Below are positions 37,045 to 50,513 of a DNA stretch of 64,000 nucleotides, piece after piece (positions within the stretch are counted from its first letter, which is position 1; each line of letters opens with the position of its first letter). The notes beneath the pieces are model-generated. The model made no database searches and was not told the origin of the DNA. It worked only from the letters and a program-made list of their open reading frames with translations. A program made the position numbers and the translations under genes. The stretch is from Octopus sinensis (lineage: Eukaryota): positions 55,750,464 to 55,814,463 of the forward strand of contig NC_043011.1 in NCBI RefSeq assembly GCF_006345805.1, given 5' to 3'.

Positions 37045-37380
37045 TGTGTGACCCCCTTCGGTCATGACTGACCATGGGATTGCACCTAGAAAGTTACCCT
37101 CCCAGGTACAAGTCTGGGCAAGGTTGTTTATGGAAGACCAGCAGTCACCTCTGCATACCAGCCTCCCCTCTCCATGCCACCAGTGTTATCCAAGGGAAAG
37201 GCAAAGGGGCCGATACAGCTTTGCACCTGTGATGTCGCAACTCATTTCTACAGCTGAGTGAACTGGAGCAACGTGAAATAAAGTATCTTGCTCAAGCACA
37301 CAACACGTAGCCCGGTCTGGGATTCGAACTCACAACCTCACGATCATAAGCCCGACTCTCTAACCACTGAGCCATGCTTC
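37045..37380 (-). mobile_element. tRNA-headed SINE (family D), near full length
   Basis: Minus strand gcatggctcagtggttagag...gagttcgaatccc (A and B boxes), then the ttgagcaagatactttatttcacgttgctccag core. Confidence 0.88.
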
Positions 37381-37457
37381 ACCCATTATAGTAAGATATA
37401 GAATATTTGTTGATATTTTATAATGTAGTTCATTAAACTGATAACTAATTAAATATA

Positions 37458-37801
37458 AAATAATAATAATAATAATAATAATAATAAACATTGTGTACAG
37501 TGCTCAGGTGCACCACAACTCATCTAAAGTGCATATATAATCAGGTGTAGTTTCGATGGATTTCGGAAAGCATGAGGGCCTTAAAGGATGCAGTGTCATG
37601 GCAGTCAACAACTGACGTAGGCAGTTTATTCCATGCTTCAGCAACTCTGAGCGTGAAGAAATGTTTCCGAAAGTCATGGGAGCTGTGCTGTTTTCTGACT
37701 TTGTAGGCATGTCCACGTGTGTTAGACACATGGAGATCAAAAAGGTGTTCAGTGTTGTTATTGGTGAGGTGGTTGACAACTTTGTGGGCGTTTACCAAGT
37801 C
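37458..37801 (-). mobile_element. CR1 3' fragment with (AAT)n tail
   Basis: NTRGHAYKVRKQHSSHDFRKHFFTLRVAEAWNKLP. Confidence 0.9.
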
Positions 37802-38100
37802 CGTCGCCGAAGTTAGTTGATTAGTATTTAGCTCCAGATTAACCCTGATTGAGTGATTAAGAGTATTTCAACTTGTCCTTCAAAGCTATGACTATGCCCA
37901 GCTTTTTGCCTGGGCCTAGGACATTATTCAATGTATATTGTTTGCTGTTCAGAATCAGAATAATGAAAAATTCTCATGTCAGTTCTCTGATTTTGAATGT
38001 GAACAAATGCATATATTACATTGTTAATTTTGAAATACAAAAGAGATATTTCTTTAAACTGCACCCCCCATCTGTCACTGAGAATAGAATATCCAACATA

Positions 38101-38420
38101 ATTCATCATCATCATCATCGTTTAACGCCCGCTTTCCATGCTAGCATGGGTTGGACGATTTTGAACGAGGGCTGGCGAACCAGATGGTTGCACCAGGCTC
38201 CAATCTTGATTTGGCAGAGTTTCTACAGCTGGATGCCCTTCCTAATGCCAACCACTCCGAGAGTGTAGTGGGTGCTTTTTTACATGCCACCGGCACGGGG
38301 GCCAGTCAGGTGGTACTGGCAACGACCTCGCTCAAATCCTTTTATGCATGCCACCAGCACAGGTGCCAGTAAGGTGGCATTGGTAACGATCACACTCGAA
38401 TGGTGCCCTTTTACGTGCCA
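38101..38420 (-). mobile_element. RTE 3'UTR repeat
   Basis: Family consensus, reverse orientation. Confidence 0.85.
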
Positions 38421-39339
38421 CACTACAAGGAGTACAAAGTACATAGGACACAAGAGAAATGAGTGATGACTAAAAGAATTCTGTTGTTAAGGAAGTTGAT
38501 ATCATGATAATTCTGATTAAGATTAATGAATAATGAAATATAGAAATGTGGCATTATGATGTCACAAATAAAACAAATGTTTTGCATTGAGCCCTGGTTT
38601 TATGAGTTAGAGATGAAAGAAGAAAATACACTTCTATGATTATCACAAGTTTGGAAAATACTACTTTATGTTTTCTGAACACATTCAATAAAATTAAAAA
38701 AATGTCTGATGTTATTAAAAGTGGTTATTTCCCTAAAGTGAGTTGAATAATATCATCGAAGCACAAAAATACACTCGAATATTCAGAGAGGAAAATGAGG
38801 GAAAAAAACTGAATTATTAATTACTGTAAAGAGAGATATTGTTTTTTTAACGTAGTCTTTAATTATAATATAATTAAAATTAATTTTTTGCACTATTAAT
38901 TATTTATGTTCACATGCACAAACACTTGTTTACACACTTATTGCTGACCCCCACCCCACCACAACCACAACCACCACCATCAACAATGTCATCACCAGAT
39001 AAACATCAAGGTAAACAACAAAACAGAGAAATCATTAAAAAAAAAAGATAAAAATAGATGTGAATGGTTAAAGCTATATCGTAAAGTAATTAGCAGTAAT
39101 TATTAAAAAATTAAAAACTAAATAATTACCTAAAGTTCCAGTATTGAAGTATCTAATGAGAGAGAGGACAGTCACCAACAAATGTCATTGTCATTTGAAT
39201 TCAGTGGAAACTAAAAAAGAAGGATTGTCCCGCCACTTGAAAAATAATCAGTGAAAAACACCAGAGGAATCGGAAATATTCCTCTGTTGTTGTTTCCTAA
39301 TTCCTAAGCATTTTATTTCTCTGTTTTCTCCCATCATTC

Positions 39340-40280
39340 CCCATTTGTTATTTCTGATTACTGAGAAGATTGCTCTTTGTATGAAAATCTGCATCTTCAC
39401 AAGTTACACTTGGTTATTACAGGTGCACATCGTTAGGCTTGGCAGATTTCTCATCTTTATAGTTTTGTCTTCTTTGTCTTGTCTTCTTCAAACAGTTCTG
39501 CACCAGTCAAGACAGTTTGATGCCAGGGTTGTTCTCCTTTCTTTTCTGTGAGTTGGTTTTCAACTTCTGTTCAGTCCAAGTTGACCTTTGTAATGTCGCA
39601 TAGAATAGCCAGAGACTATTTCACCAGTGTAGAGTTTACTCTAAAGAATCTGATAAGCACACTTGACAATACTCACACAACAACACATGAAACCTATTTA
39701 TATGAGTCACTGCTTGATGCTGATGCTTTGAGCTTTCTCAGAGATTTAACATTTCCTGTAGTCATCATCATCATCATCATCATCCACCTTCCATGCTAGC
39801 ATAGTTTAATGATTTTGACTGAGGGCTGGCGAACAGATGGCCGCACCAGGCTCCAGAATAATCAGTGTTTCTCCTGGTGAAAGCACTCAAGTTTCTTGAT
39901 CACTAAACAGTAAGGTTGAGATGAAGACAACTTGACGAAGCCATGACCTTGTTGTTTGAAGTCTTTCTTTCTGAAGACAATGGAAGAGTTGTCTCCTAAA
40001 GGCATCATGGTGAGTGCAAATTCTGTTTTCCACATCCTTCTCAGATTCATATAGAGAGGAGTCTTCAAGGTAAGGGAGTTGGTTTCCCTATTCCAGAGGA
40101 TGTGCTTAAAATGGTGAAGTTTAAATCTGGAAAGGTTGTTCTTGGAGCAGTTGATTCCAAATATGGCTTACTGGATTCCACTGGTCTGACCTAAGCAATC
40201 ACATGCCAAATTGTTAACCAACTGCTACATCTCAAGTGTATGACACTTGTTATATACCAAATCAAATTTGGTGCCAGCAT
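39340..40280 (-). mobile_element. Probable decayed Academ-like transposase C-terminus (XPG/FEN1-like plus Cys-rich end), interrupted by an RTE tail at ~39762-39855
   Basis: Fragmentary motifs: H-(D)AF-G-DNSS..RKK (cf. HAxTGCDxxSxxxxKGK), RVN.TLV.K.SL (cf. RANYQxxxWK), RNLP..TMCTCNN. Many stops and frameshifts. Confidence 0.4.
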
Positions 40281-40329
40281 CTGTGTGTGTGTATGTGTGT
40301 ATGTACATAGATGCATATTTACACACACA

Positions 40330-40487
40330 CAAGGCAGGCTTCTGTGCAGTTTCCGTTTACCAAGTTTTATTTACAAACCATGAGTCAAACTTGAGGCTAG
40401 AGTAGAAAATACTTGGACAAGGTGTCACACAATGGAATTGAACCTGAAACCAGGTGAATGCAAAGCAAACCTCTTAACTACACAGCC
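40330..40487 (-). mobile_element. Degenerate family B SINE head
   Basis: ggacaaggtgtcacacaatggaattgaacctgaaacc...cttaactacacagcc. Confidence 0.55.
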
Positions 40488-41067
40488 TGGGCCTTATCAT
40501 TATTAAGTAACAGCAATATCCTATAACTGATGAAGCTTTCATGAGCTTTGATGCTGAGGTTCGTTCATGTAGTGTGGTGGAAAATAAGACAATGTTCCAA
40601 TGCATTACTAGAGGGTGGGCGAGTCAGGACTCACATCTTTAAATTAAAGCTTTAGAAATGTATTTAAATGAATCCTCTTCATATTTACATTTGAAAATTT
40701 CTTTCTCCATGTCAACATGGCAGGGTAATATTTTACAGAAAAACCCAGCAAATGATTTTGTTTCCAGTATGACAAGTGCGGAGTGGGGATCAATTTATGT
40801 GTGCAATAACTTGTTACACTGAAGCACAAAACTAATTTGGTATGCAACCATTTTCTTAGCCAAATTGCTTATAGTCCAGTTGTAATGAAATTGATTAAAT
40901 GCTTTAATACAGCATCTCTATTGAACACATGACATCATGCTCTCTCTCTCTCTCTCTCTCTGCTGCAAGTCTGCATTATCATCTAAGATAATAAGCTAAA
41001 TCATTATAATGAAAACAGGTCTGGACTATTAGCTTTGTCTATCCCACTCCTCCAACATCAACTGCTT

Positions 41068-41365
41068 CATTCATCATCATCATTGTTTAACGTCCACTTT
41101 CCATGCTAGCATAGATTGGACGGTTTGACCGGGGTCTGAGAAGCCAGGAGGCTGCACCAAGCTCCAGTCTGATCTGGCAGTGTTTCTACAGCTGGATGCC
41201 CTTCTTAACGCCAACCACTCCGTGAGTGTAGTGGGTGCTTTTTACATGCCAGGCGAGGCTGGCGACGGCTACGATCAGTTGGTGCTTTTTATGTGCCAGT
41301 CGAGGCGGCGCTGGCAACGGCCATGTTCGGATGGATTTTTTATGTGCCACAGACACTGGTATCAC
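41068..41365 (-). mobile_element. RTE 3'UTR repeat
   Basis: Family consensus, reverse orientation. Confidence 0.85.
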
Positions 41366-41704
41366 AACTACAATTTCCATTGATTTTTTGATCGATTTCA
41401 ATTTCGCTTGCCTCAACAAGACTAATAATAATAATAATATGTGCATGTGTGTGTGTGTTTTATTGATGGCTGTTGTAAATTTTATATGTCAATGTGGTGA
41501 CCAAAGGTTCCAATCCACATACCTGCTTCTAGCCAAAAGAGCTGACTCATAAATATCTACTGTTAGCAAACTGTAACACAAATCTAAAACTCCTTTAGAA
41601 GTAGAAAACAGCATGGTCCGCCGTCAGACAGAAGTCTGTCTAAACTATGGGAACACAAAAACATGCAACCCATCTGCCATTATTATTATTATCATTATTA
41701 TTAT

Positions 41705-42140
41705 TATCTGAGGTGGTCAAGTGGCAGAATCGGAAGCAGACTGGGCAAAATGCTTAGCAACATTTTTCATCCGTCCTTACATTGTGAGTTCAAATTCCAC
41801 CATGGTCGACTTTGCCTTTCATCCTTTCAGGGTTGATAAAAATAAGCACCAGTTGCGTACTGGGGCTTATGTAACCGACCTGCTCTTCCCATCAAAATTA
41901 CTGGCTTTGTGCCAAAATTTAAAACCCTTATTGTTATTATTATTATTAAGACAGTGAGCTGGCAGAATTGTCAGCACATCAGGCAAAATGCTTGGCAGCA
42001 TTTCATCCATCTTTATGTTCCACCATGACTGACTTTGCCTTTTGTCCTTTCAGGATCAATAAAATAGGCACCAGTGGAGTACTGGGGTTGATGTACTCAA
42101 CTTTATGTCCTCCCCCCAAAATTCAGGCCTTGTGCCTAAA
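41705..42140 (+). mobile_element. Two tandem family C SINEs
   Basis: Heads near 41710 (aagtggcagaatc...gagttcaaattcc) and 41955 (gagctggcagaatt). Confidence 0.75.
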
Positions 42141-42171
42141 GCAGAAAGGATTATCATTATATTTAAAGTTA

Positions 42172-42556
42172 CTCTTTTATTCGTTTCAATCATTTGACTG
42201 TGGCCATGCTGGAGCACCACCTTTAGTCGAGCAAATCAACCCCAGGGCTTATTCTTTGTAAGCCTAGTACTTATTCTATCGGTCTCTTTTGCCAAACTGC
42301 TAAGTTACGGGGACGTAAACACACCAGCATCGGTTTACAAGCGATGTTGGGGGGGGGGGTAGGGCAAACACAGACACACAAACACACACATATATATATA
42401 TATACGAAGGGCTTCTTTCAGTTTCCGTCTACCAAATCCACTCACAAGGCTTTGGTCAGCCCGAGGCTACAGTAGAAGACACTTGTCCAAGGTGCCATGC
42501 AGTGGGACTGAACCCAGTACCATGTGGTTCGTAAGCAAGCTACTTACCACACAGCC
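42172..42556 (-). mobile_element. tRNA-headed SINE (family B)
   Basis: Matches the other B copies. Confidence 0.88.
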
Positions 42557-43807
42557 GCATTAACACAAATGCACTTGGAATACATAACATCGATGTACAT
42601 GTTTCACAGTTAAATATTCTTCCAACAATTGTTATAGTCACTCAAATGCTTCATCAATAAGGGATATCAATGTCTTCCTATCAGTCGTCTTTCATCAAAC
42701 TCCACGTAATTTGCTGCACAGATGATTCAGCTGAGTGTAAACATTTCCATTCCTCCATGTTTCTCTCTTTCTTTCTCTGATTTGACATATCAATATCTCA
42801 TTAAAAGTTGTCAATGGTAATCTATAACCATGCTGACATTTACAGCAATAGAAGAGCAATCACATTGTTCTGAGAGAGCAGCAACAGCAGGAAGTAAGAA
42901 AATGAAATAAGGAAATGAAGACGAGAGGGAAACACCAAGAAATAGATTTATTACTACAACATCAGCGATTAAGTTGGTATATGCAAAATGTAATTTCAAT
43001 GTAACTATGTCTCATAAACCAAAAGAGTCTTTAAAGGCTGGTGTTTAGCATTGTTGTATCAAGTAATATTCTCAGATGATCTTCTATCTATTTTGGAACA
43101 GCCAACTGAGGTAGAACAACAAAGTTTTGTTCAGAAATACAGTAATAAAACATTTGGAGTGGATTTGAACCCATGATCTCTGTGTAGGTAAGCCAAAACA
43201 TCATGTGTTTGTACTAGATTATTCATTCCATAAATATTTGTAAATTTAAAGTCAGACTTATAAGGAAAAGAAAAAGAAAGAAAGAAAGAAATTCAGTTTT
43301 TTTTTCTTTGCATTTGTGGGTTGCTAGAATTTACAGAAGCATTTGAAAATTGAAGAAGTTGTTGCAGGAAAAAGACTTCAAATAATTTTCAACATTAGAC
43401 AACTATAAGGAACTGAAAAAAACTGCCTTCAATACAAGGGACTCTTGGAGTCTTGAAATATAAATGCAACATCTGCTTTGCAGGACTGAGTATGTTATTT
43501 GTATGAGTAACATTCCTTCTATGCATATATGGAGGGTTGAACCCATAAACTGAACTAGAAACTATAGCCTCCAAAGTGACTTAGCAGAGAACTACCACTG
43601 AGATTAACACACAGAAAAACACTGTTTATCATGGCCGAGGCAAGTGTGGAGGCTAATTGTGGGTGGAAAGTGAGGCAGAAGAAAACCAAACTACTAACAT
43701 GAAGCAGAAAAGTAACACAAACAGAAGCCTTTTATTGCTTAAGGTGAGACAGTGTCACGTGACAACTTGCTGGGGCTGCCTGCTGGAGCCTAGCGGCAGG
43801 TATTTAA

Positions 43808-44073
43808 AGGGAAAAATTTGACAAGACAGTCAGACACCGGCTGACACTCACTGATGATACATCAAAGAGGCCAGGGAACAGAAGAAAGAAGATATGCACC
43901 CAACACCAGAGCTGAAGACACCTCCGAAAGGGAGGGGGGAGGCGCCACATCAAAACGGTAGAGGAGTAGGGGTCGAAATCAGACATGGTTCCTCCTGATG
44001 ATGTCTTGATCTAACTGGATCCTATAAAGGAGCTGTTGTGGTAGCAGACCACGAAACACGGTTGTAATTCCTT
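43808..44073 (+). mobile_element. ~270-bp dispersed element, possibly a Penelope-like 3' end (copy 1)
   Basis: Homologous to the reverse complement of 61953-62216; contains CTGANGA three times and GAAA after hairpins. Confidence 0.6.
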
Positions 44074-44169
44074 CCATGTCGCTCTTCACTGATTCTTTCT
44101 ATTGATACACTTTTAAGGAAACAGAAATATTCAGACAATAGGATTGATGACCTACATTATAATAGCAAT

Positions 44170-44395
44170 AATAATAATCTTTTCTGTCTGAAATTTTGGG
44201 GGAGGTGGGGGGCTAGTCGACTACAGTATGCAACTGGTACTTATTATACTGAACCTGAAAGGATGAAAGACAAAGTCGACCGCAGTGGCATTTGAACTCA
44301 GAACATAAAAGCCGAAGAAATGCTGCTTAGCATTTTGTTTGGCTTGCTAACGATTCTCACAGCTTGCCACCTTAATTATAATAATAATAATAATA

Positions 44396-44430
<35 letters not shown>

Positions 44431-44760
44431 TATTATTGTTTCTGATTTAGGAACAAAGTTAGCAATTAATGGGGAAAGTTAATTGATAATATTAACCGCA
44501 GAATGTCTGGTCCTTTACTGAGCTCCAAAAACAATGAAAGGTAAATAATAACCCTTTCTGCTGTAGGCACAAGGCCTGAAATTTGGGAGAGGGGGGGGGG
44601 CTAGTAGATTACATTAACCTGCATCCCCAGTGCTCACCCGGGACCTATTTCATTGACCCCCACAAAAGGATGAAAGGCAAAGTCAACCTTGGCAGAATTT
44701 GAATCTCAGAACATAAACAAAATGCTGCTAAGCACTTTGCCAACCAATTGGTTGAGCAAC
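44170..44760 (-). mobile_element. Cluster of family C SINEs with a long (AAT)/(ATT) tract
   Basis: Copies at ~44170-44375 and ~44550-44760, partial copy between. Confidence 0.7.
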
Positions 44761-44789
44761 TCTTTTCTGGATGCAGTCTGGTGTGTGTG

Positions 44790-45490
44790 TGTGTGTGTAG
44801 CAGCACTGTCCTAGATGTGAGAGTAATTCTCCATTGTGGGTCTTGTCTGAGTTTTGGAGAGAATCAATAATTGTCGAGGGCTTAAGCATTTTTTCCTGGC
44901 CATGAAGAAAAGGAGCAGCAGTCATTGGGATGCTGTCCTAGCTAGGTTAGTGATAACGAGACTAAACAACCAACACAGTTCTGAGGACTTTGACCAAGTG
45001 CCACTCGAGAGGCTGTGGTGCAATGAGCTTTTTCTTTATATAAATAGTGTGTGTGAGTTTCAAAATGCAAGTTTTCTATATTCCCGTCGGACGATACTTT
45101 CAAGGCATTTGTTTATGGAATCACTGAGGGTGTTGTTGTTGCTGGGTGTGGCAGCAAGTCAGTCATTGATGCATAGTTCAGGGTATACACTGGGTCACAC
45201 TTGAGTCAATAAAATGAGGGACAGAAAGAGCTTCATCAGTGCATGTAGATAGGAAGCTATTGATGCAGGAGATGAGAGATGGGTGAACCCCATGGACAGG
45301 AAGTTTTCATAGGAGACACAATCAGGAGCTTTGCTGATGTTGAGAGCAACAACATGGTTTTCATAAAATTTCTTAAAGACAAGAACTTGCTACTGGATGT
45401 TGGAGGAGAGTAGGTCATCTTTGGATTTGGTCTTTGGTGGTAATTAAGGAGTTGCATAAACTGTAATGGTGGGCATTTAGCATTCTCTTG
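44790..45490 (-). mobile_element. Decayed Jockey/CR1-group LINE RT fragment
   Basis: VVALNISKAPDCV (cf. LDISKAFDRV) and LSPRQLLILSKTQTRPTMENYSHI (cf. LYKAQxRPxMEYCSHxW). Confidence 0.65.
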
Positions 45491-46855
45491 CAGCAAAATG
45501 ACTTACTCCACTAAGCAAGCAAACATTTTATGCCTGTTTTAGACATGTTGAGGGAGAATAGCTACCATTTCAAACTTCCTGATGGAAAACATTCCGCATC
45601 CTACAAAATGCAACGTCCAAAATGTTCATAAGAGCCCCAACATGAGAAAATATATGGAAAACGGTAAAACATTTCAATGCATAATCCCAAAGAGGTAAAC
45701 CTGTTTAGGTTCAAAATCAGAGATCTATTTAGGAATCTCAAAAAGACCTTTGTTTAACAAGGAAAAACAGAATTAAACATTTTGGATATATAATCACTTC
45801 TTAGCCTATTTCTTAGCTGATATTGATTAGCATGGCATATTGTATAGATAATTTGATTGATCTTAGTTAAATATAATTAAGGAAATCAATATGAACTGGT
45901 GGAATATCACTAACCATGATCAATGACAAACAAAACGTTGAGTCTATAATCAATTACAAAGGAGGCAAATGTTAGTTTTGAAAACAGAAGACCATATTTG
46001 ACACAAAGAGTGATTGCAATGAAAAGCATCAATAATATCAATAAAAACTGATATCCATGTATATATGTGTATGTATATGCGGGTGTGAAGTACGTTTGGA
46101 GTTTATTAAATCAGTTGTTTTCTTTCAGTTTATCAAAAACATACAAATCTAATCTAAGCTGAGCTAAATAAAAATTTTATTGTATTTTTATTAGCAACTG
46201 GTAAAACATGTCCATAAACTCACTCCTTCTTTACATCATGAAAAAATAGTGTTTGCTAAAGAAATAACAAACAACATGTTGTTTGGCTCTCATAAAACTG
46301 TAACTATTTGTGTAGTCTACAGTTTCTAAGCAAAATTTAGTAAAAATGGTATTGTCTATTAGATTAAACAATCTCTCTCCCCTTCCATAATCATGTCTAC
46401 GTTGTTTGGCTTGAGATAAGCATGATTGAAGAAAATACATTCCAATAGTGACCATTCCATAGTTTGGTGGGTACTCAAAAGCTACATTGTCTAATGTATC
46501 CTTCCCTTTTTTCTAAGAAGGTGTAGTGTGATATGAGTGAGATTTAGCTGCTATTTCTAGACAAGTGATTATGGAGAGGTTCCCTTCCTGACTCAACCCA
46601 TCTTCTTATATTGATCTCATCTACTCAAGCACTCACGACTGTCATTAAAAGGTCAGCATTGGACATTTTTATCTCACATTTTATGTGAAGTGTCATCTAG
46701 CAAATAACTTTCTGTTTTTCCCTTCCAGGAACTTTATCATTTTCTTTCTGGTGAAACATTCTCCAATCTCACCAGTCTTTTAAAAGCAAAACTTCTTTCA
46801 TCAGTTTTAGTCAGATGTTATCAGTAAAAGGTGTCTTTCACCTTTGCTGCACGTG

Positions 46856-46895
<40 letters not shown>

Positions 46896-47334
46896 GTATG
46901 TCAGAAGCATAATATTTAACTGATGATAATTCAACTCAGGTCATTCATGTTAAAAGACCAGCATTTACTGGAGATAGAAAATAAAAAAGAAACTGAATGT
47001 GATCTGTTCCGTGTGAATTGTGATATTGAAGAATAAACTCTGTAAGGATAAGCAAAGAGGTTAATTGATATTCAAAAGTAGACTTTAAGAAGAAACCATC
47101 TGATTGGCTGGAAAGAGATTCCAGTGAAGGACGTCTACTCTCTCCAGGAATATTTCTATCATCTACTTTATAGAAACTGGTTAGGAGAAATAATTGCTAG
47201 TGGTGAAAATATCGATCTAATTTACAATTTTTAAAACTAAAATTGTTACTTACAAGTTGCATTAAGGTTTTTAACATTTAAAAAAAAATTTATTACTTAA
47301 GTTAAAATCATAGTTCTAATTTACTTATTGGCTC

Positions 47335-47660
47335 ATCATCTTCCTCATCATCGTTTAACGTCCGTTTTCCATGCTAGCATGGGTTGGACGGTTCAACTGG
47401 GGTTTGGTAAACCATGGAGGCTGCACCAGACTCCAGTCTGATTTGGCAGTGTTTCTACAGCTGGATACCCTTCCTAACGCCAACCACTCTGTGAGTGTAG
47501 TGGGTGATTTTACGTGCCACCGATACAGGAGCCAGAGGAGGCTGGCAAATGGCCACAATCGGTTGGTGCTTTTACGTGTCACCGACACGGATGCCAGTCA
47601 GGCAGCGCTGGCATCTGCCACATTAAGACAGTGCTTTTTACATGTCACTGGCACTACAAT
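47335..47660 (-). mobile_element. RTE 3'UTR repeat
   Basis: Family consensus, reverse orientation. Confidence 0.85.
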
Positions 47661-47936
47661 TTCCATTTGATTTTTATTTTGATGTTGGTGTTGATGTACT
47701 TGACTCAGATATGGTAAAATTAAAATATCCAAGGAGAGTATTGTAGTTCACTTGAAGCATTGTGTATTGCTTATAAAGTATAGTGTGTCTTGAATGGCAC
47801 GACAATGTAGAGTGTGGACTATAATAACTGTTATAATTTAATTATCCATAGTCTGATATAATATTTCGCTATACAAAAATTCCTTCTTCAGATATCACTA
47901 ATCAGAGAAATTTCACCAAAACTAAAAGGCTTACCA

Positions 47937-48005
47937 AACCCCAGTTGAACCGTCCAACCCATGCTAGCATGGAAAACGGACGTTAAATGATGATGATGAG
48001 GATGA
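47937..48005 (+). mobile_element. RTE 3' tail stub
   Basis: gaaccgtccaacccatgctagcatggaaaacggacgttaaa(TGA)n. Confidence 0.8.
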
Positions 48006-48582
48006 TATGAGCCAATAAGTAAATTAGAACTATGATTTTAACATAGACATTTTGTTCAGGTATACAACTTGTTAAATTTATTAATTTGAAGACAGCATAA
48101 TTAGGTGGATTTATAAACTCATTCTCATCAATGATGAGATGAGCTTAAAGCGAATTTTAAGATTCAACTTCAAAAAGATCCTCTCATTCAATGGAAATGT
48201 CTGGAAGAAATTATTACATTTGTCAATCTGGTAGCAACACTATTTGTTTAGCGAATGAGACTGGTTATTTTTATCTCCAGTTTTACTCTTCTTATAAATC
48301 CTCTTCAATTTGGCATTGTTCACAAAAGCTCTCAGTTTTTCTGTTTTTTCAATCTAGAGACTTCCATCCCTAATCTAGTTAGCTATTTATGCCAAGTATA
48401 ACAAAAGGCCTCAAGAGTTTGGTCATGAAAATATAATTCAGTTCACACCAGAGAATACAGCTTTGAAACAATCACCAGCCACAAAAATTGGGCGTAAAAG
48501 AGTTGATGGCTTACAAAAATTGTTTATAATTTTCAGCAAGTTCATTAATAAGTAACTTGATATTGAAGTTGTTCCAAACCAG

Positions 48583-48585
<3 letters not shown>

Positions 48586-48643
<58 letters not shown>

Positions 48644-48646
48644 ACT
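48586..48646. repeat. (CT)n microsatellite
   Basis: Seen directly. Confidence 0.95.
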
Positions 48647-49168
48647 CACACCTCTGTTTCTAATAGTTACTATACAAGCAGCAGAGAACCACAAAGTCAT
48701 TACGTAAATCCTAGTAATTTGTCTCCGGAACATGTCCTTTACAATTGGTCACATGTTACTTTAAAGTGTCAAAGTGAGAAGAAAAGTTGTCAGCTCTAAT
48801 CAACAGGTATTGATTTATAATTATTGGAAATGATAACTGCTATTACATATTGGAAATGATAACTGGTAATTAATTTAAAATGTTCAGTATATAACTGGAG
48901 ACAATACTAAGGTTTCTGATTGACATATGTATTAAAAAGAAAATCTATAGTGTGAATGTGTGTATGTGCATATATATATATATATTTACATATATATATA
49001 TATATAAAAGGGAGAGAGAGAGACAGATTTTGTTACAAAGTTTTACTTTTAAAATATATACTTGATTGAATTATATGTTAGAATAAAAACAGATTATATG
49101 TATATATTATTCTAAGCAAATGTTGAAATTTTGACTTTATTTCCAAATGGAATAAAGCAAGTATGAAT

Positions 49169-49212
<44 letters not shown>

Positions 49213-50513
49213 CTATGTTTCCATTAACAAAAAACTCGTTCTCAACTCTCAGTAAATATCATACAACCTTCAATGTTGCTGTTAAAATCTGTTCAGAAAC
49301 ACAAGTGAAAACAGTTAAAAATTATGCAAGATAAATGATAGAGGCATTAGAATCTGTATAACTATTGGAGCTTTATGAGGTTATTGTTAAAAAAAACAAA
49401 ATTCAAACAAACCTAAAACACTATTGAGACAAAAAAAATTGTCCAGTTGTATTTAATGGCTTATTTCGTGAAGACTCATGATGCCGTTATTCTAGATTGT
49501 TCAAGAGATATTGGGTTTAAGGCAAAGTAGTAAAAGTACAAGCATGGTGGTGATATGTTAAGCTGTTGTGTCTTAGTAGGCCACCGATTGTCTATTGATT
49601 GTTACTCAGCTTTAACATCACTGATCCCATGAATCAGGCTGCTGGTGCAGCAATGATCCAGTTACCTTAGTAGTAACTCACAGTAATGGAAGAGGAGAAA
49701 ATAGGTTGCTGAGAACTTGACAGCTTTTTCATTTTTTTTTTTTTTTTTTACCCAGTAAGAAGTTAGCAGCCAGGAGAGCTATGGAAATAAGACTTTAATC
49801 AATTGTTCTGTCTGGGTAAAACATTTTCAGTATCTAGTTATTATTATTATTATAATTATTATTAAGAAGTAAACTTCAAATGCTTTAGCATGTTAACTAA
49901 TATCATATAACTTAGAATTTTAGACCAGCAGTTTGTTGGTTTTATCAATATCTAAGATTAATTATAGTTTAACAATTTACAAAACCTATGAAATCACATT
50001 TTTTTTCCAATACATTTCAGAGAAAATGGACACAAATGTATTATATAATTCAGCTTTTAGAGACGATTTAAAATCAAAACTTCAAAATAGAGAGAATAAA
50101 GTATTTACCAATAGAATAAATAAATCCTTTACTCTTAGAGACATAATCATAGTCAAGAATGGAGACTGGAATTAAGACAATGGAACCCAAAAACAACAAG
50201 ACTGAGAACACTAGAAATGCTATGGGTTTTTGTTTTTTGCTTTATTTAAACAAAATTTGAAAATATGATTTAAAATAGATGAAAAAAATAGTGGGGGACA
50301 GGTTTAATTGAAAGAAACATAACAATTTTAGTAAATAGCCTTAAAGATTTAAGATAAAGCGTCTTGAATGAAGAATCTTAATAGTTGAAAACAAAAGAGC
50401 TGTGGAAGGTAAACTGTTGAAGATGAGAGAGAGAGAGAGGTGAGTGTGAATGGCAGACAGTGATTCTAGTCGTCCTTTTCTGGTTCTTTATACAGACATA
50501 GACATAAAAAAGA

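Noticed and set aside
37300-37380. tRNA gene (A and B boxes); similar heads at 474, 11000, 15540, 17220 and 60240
   Set aside because: No complete acceptor stem; each continues into a SINE body, so these are tRNA-derived heads.
49682-49708. 27-nt frame-preserving minus-strand microexon (QPIFSSSIT; CAG / GTGAGT)
   Set aside because: The region upstream of the acceptor is A-rich with no pyrimidine tract, and there is no link to the known exons.
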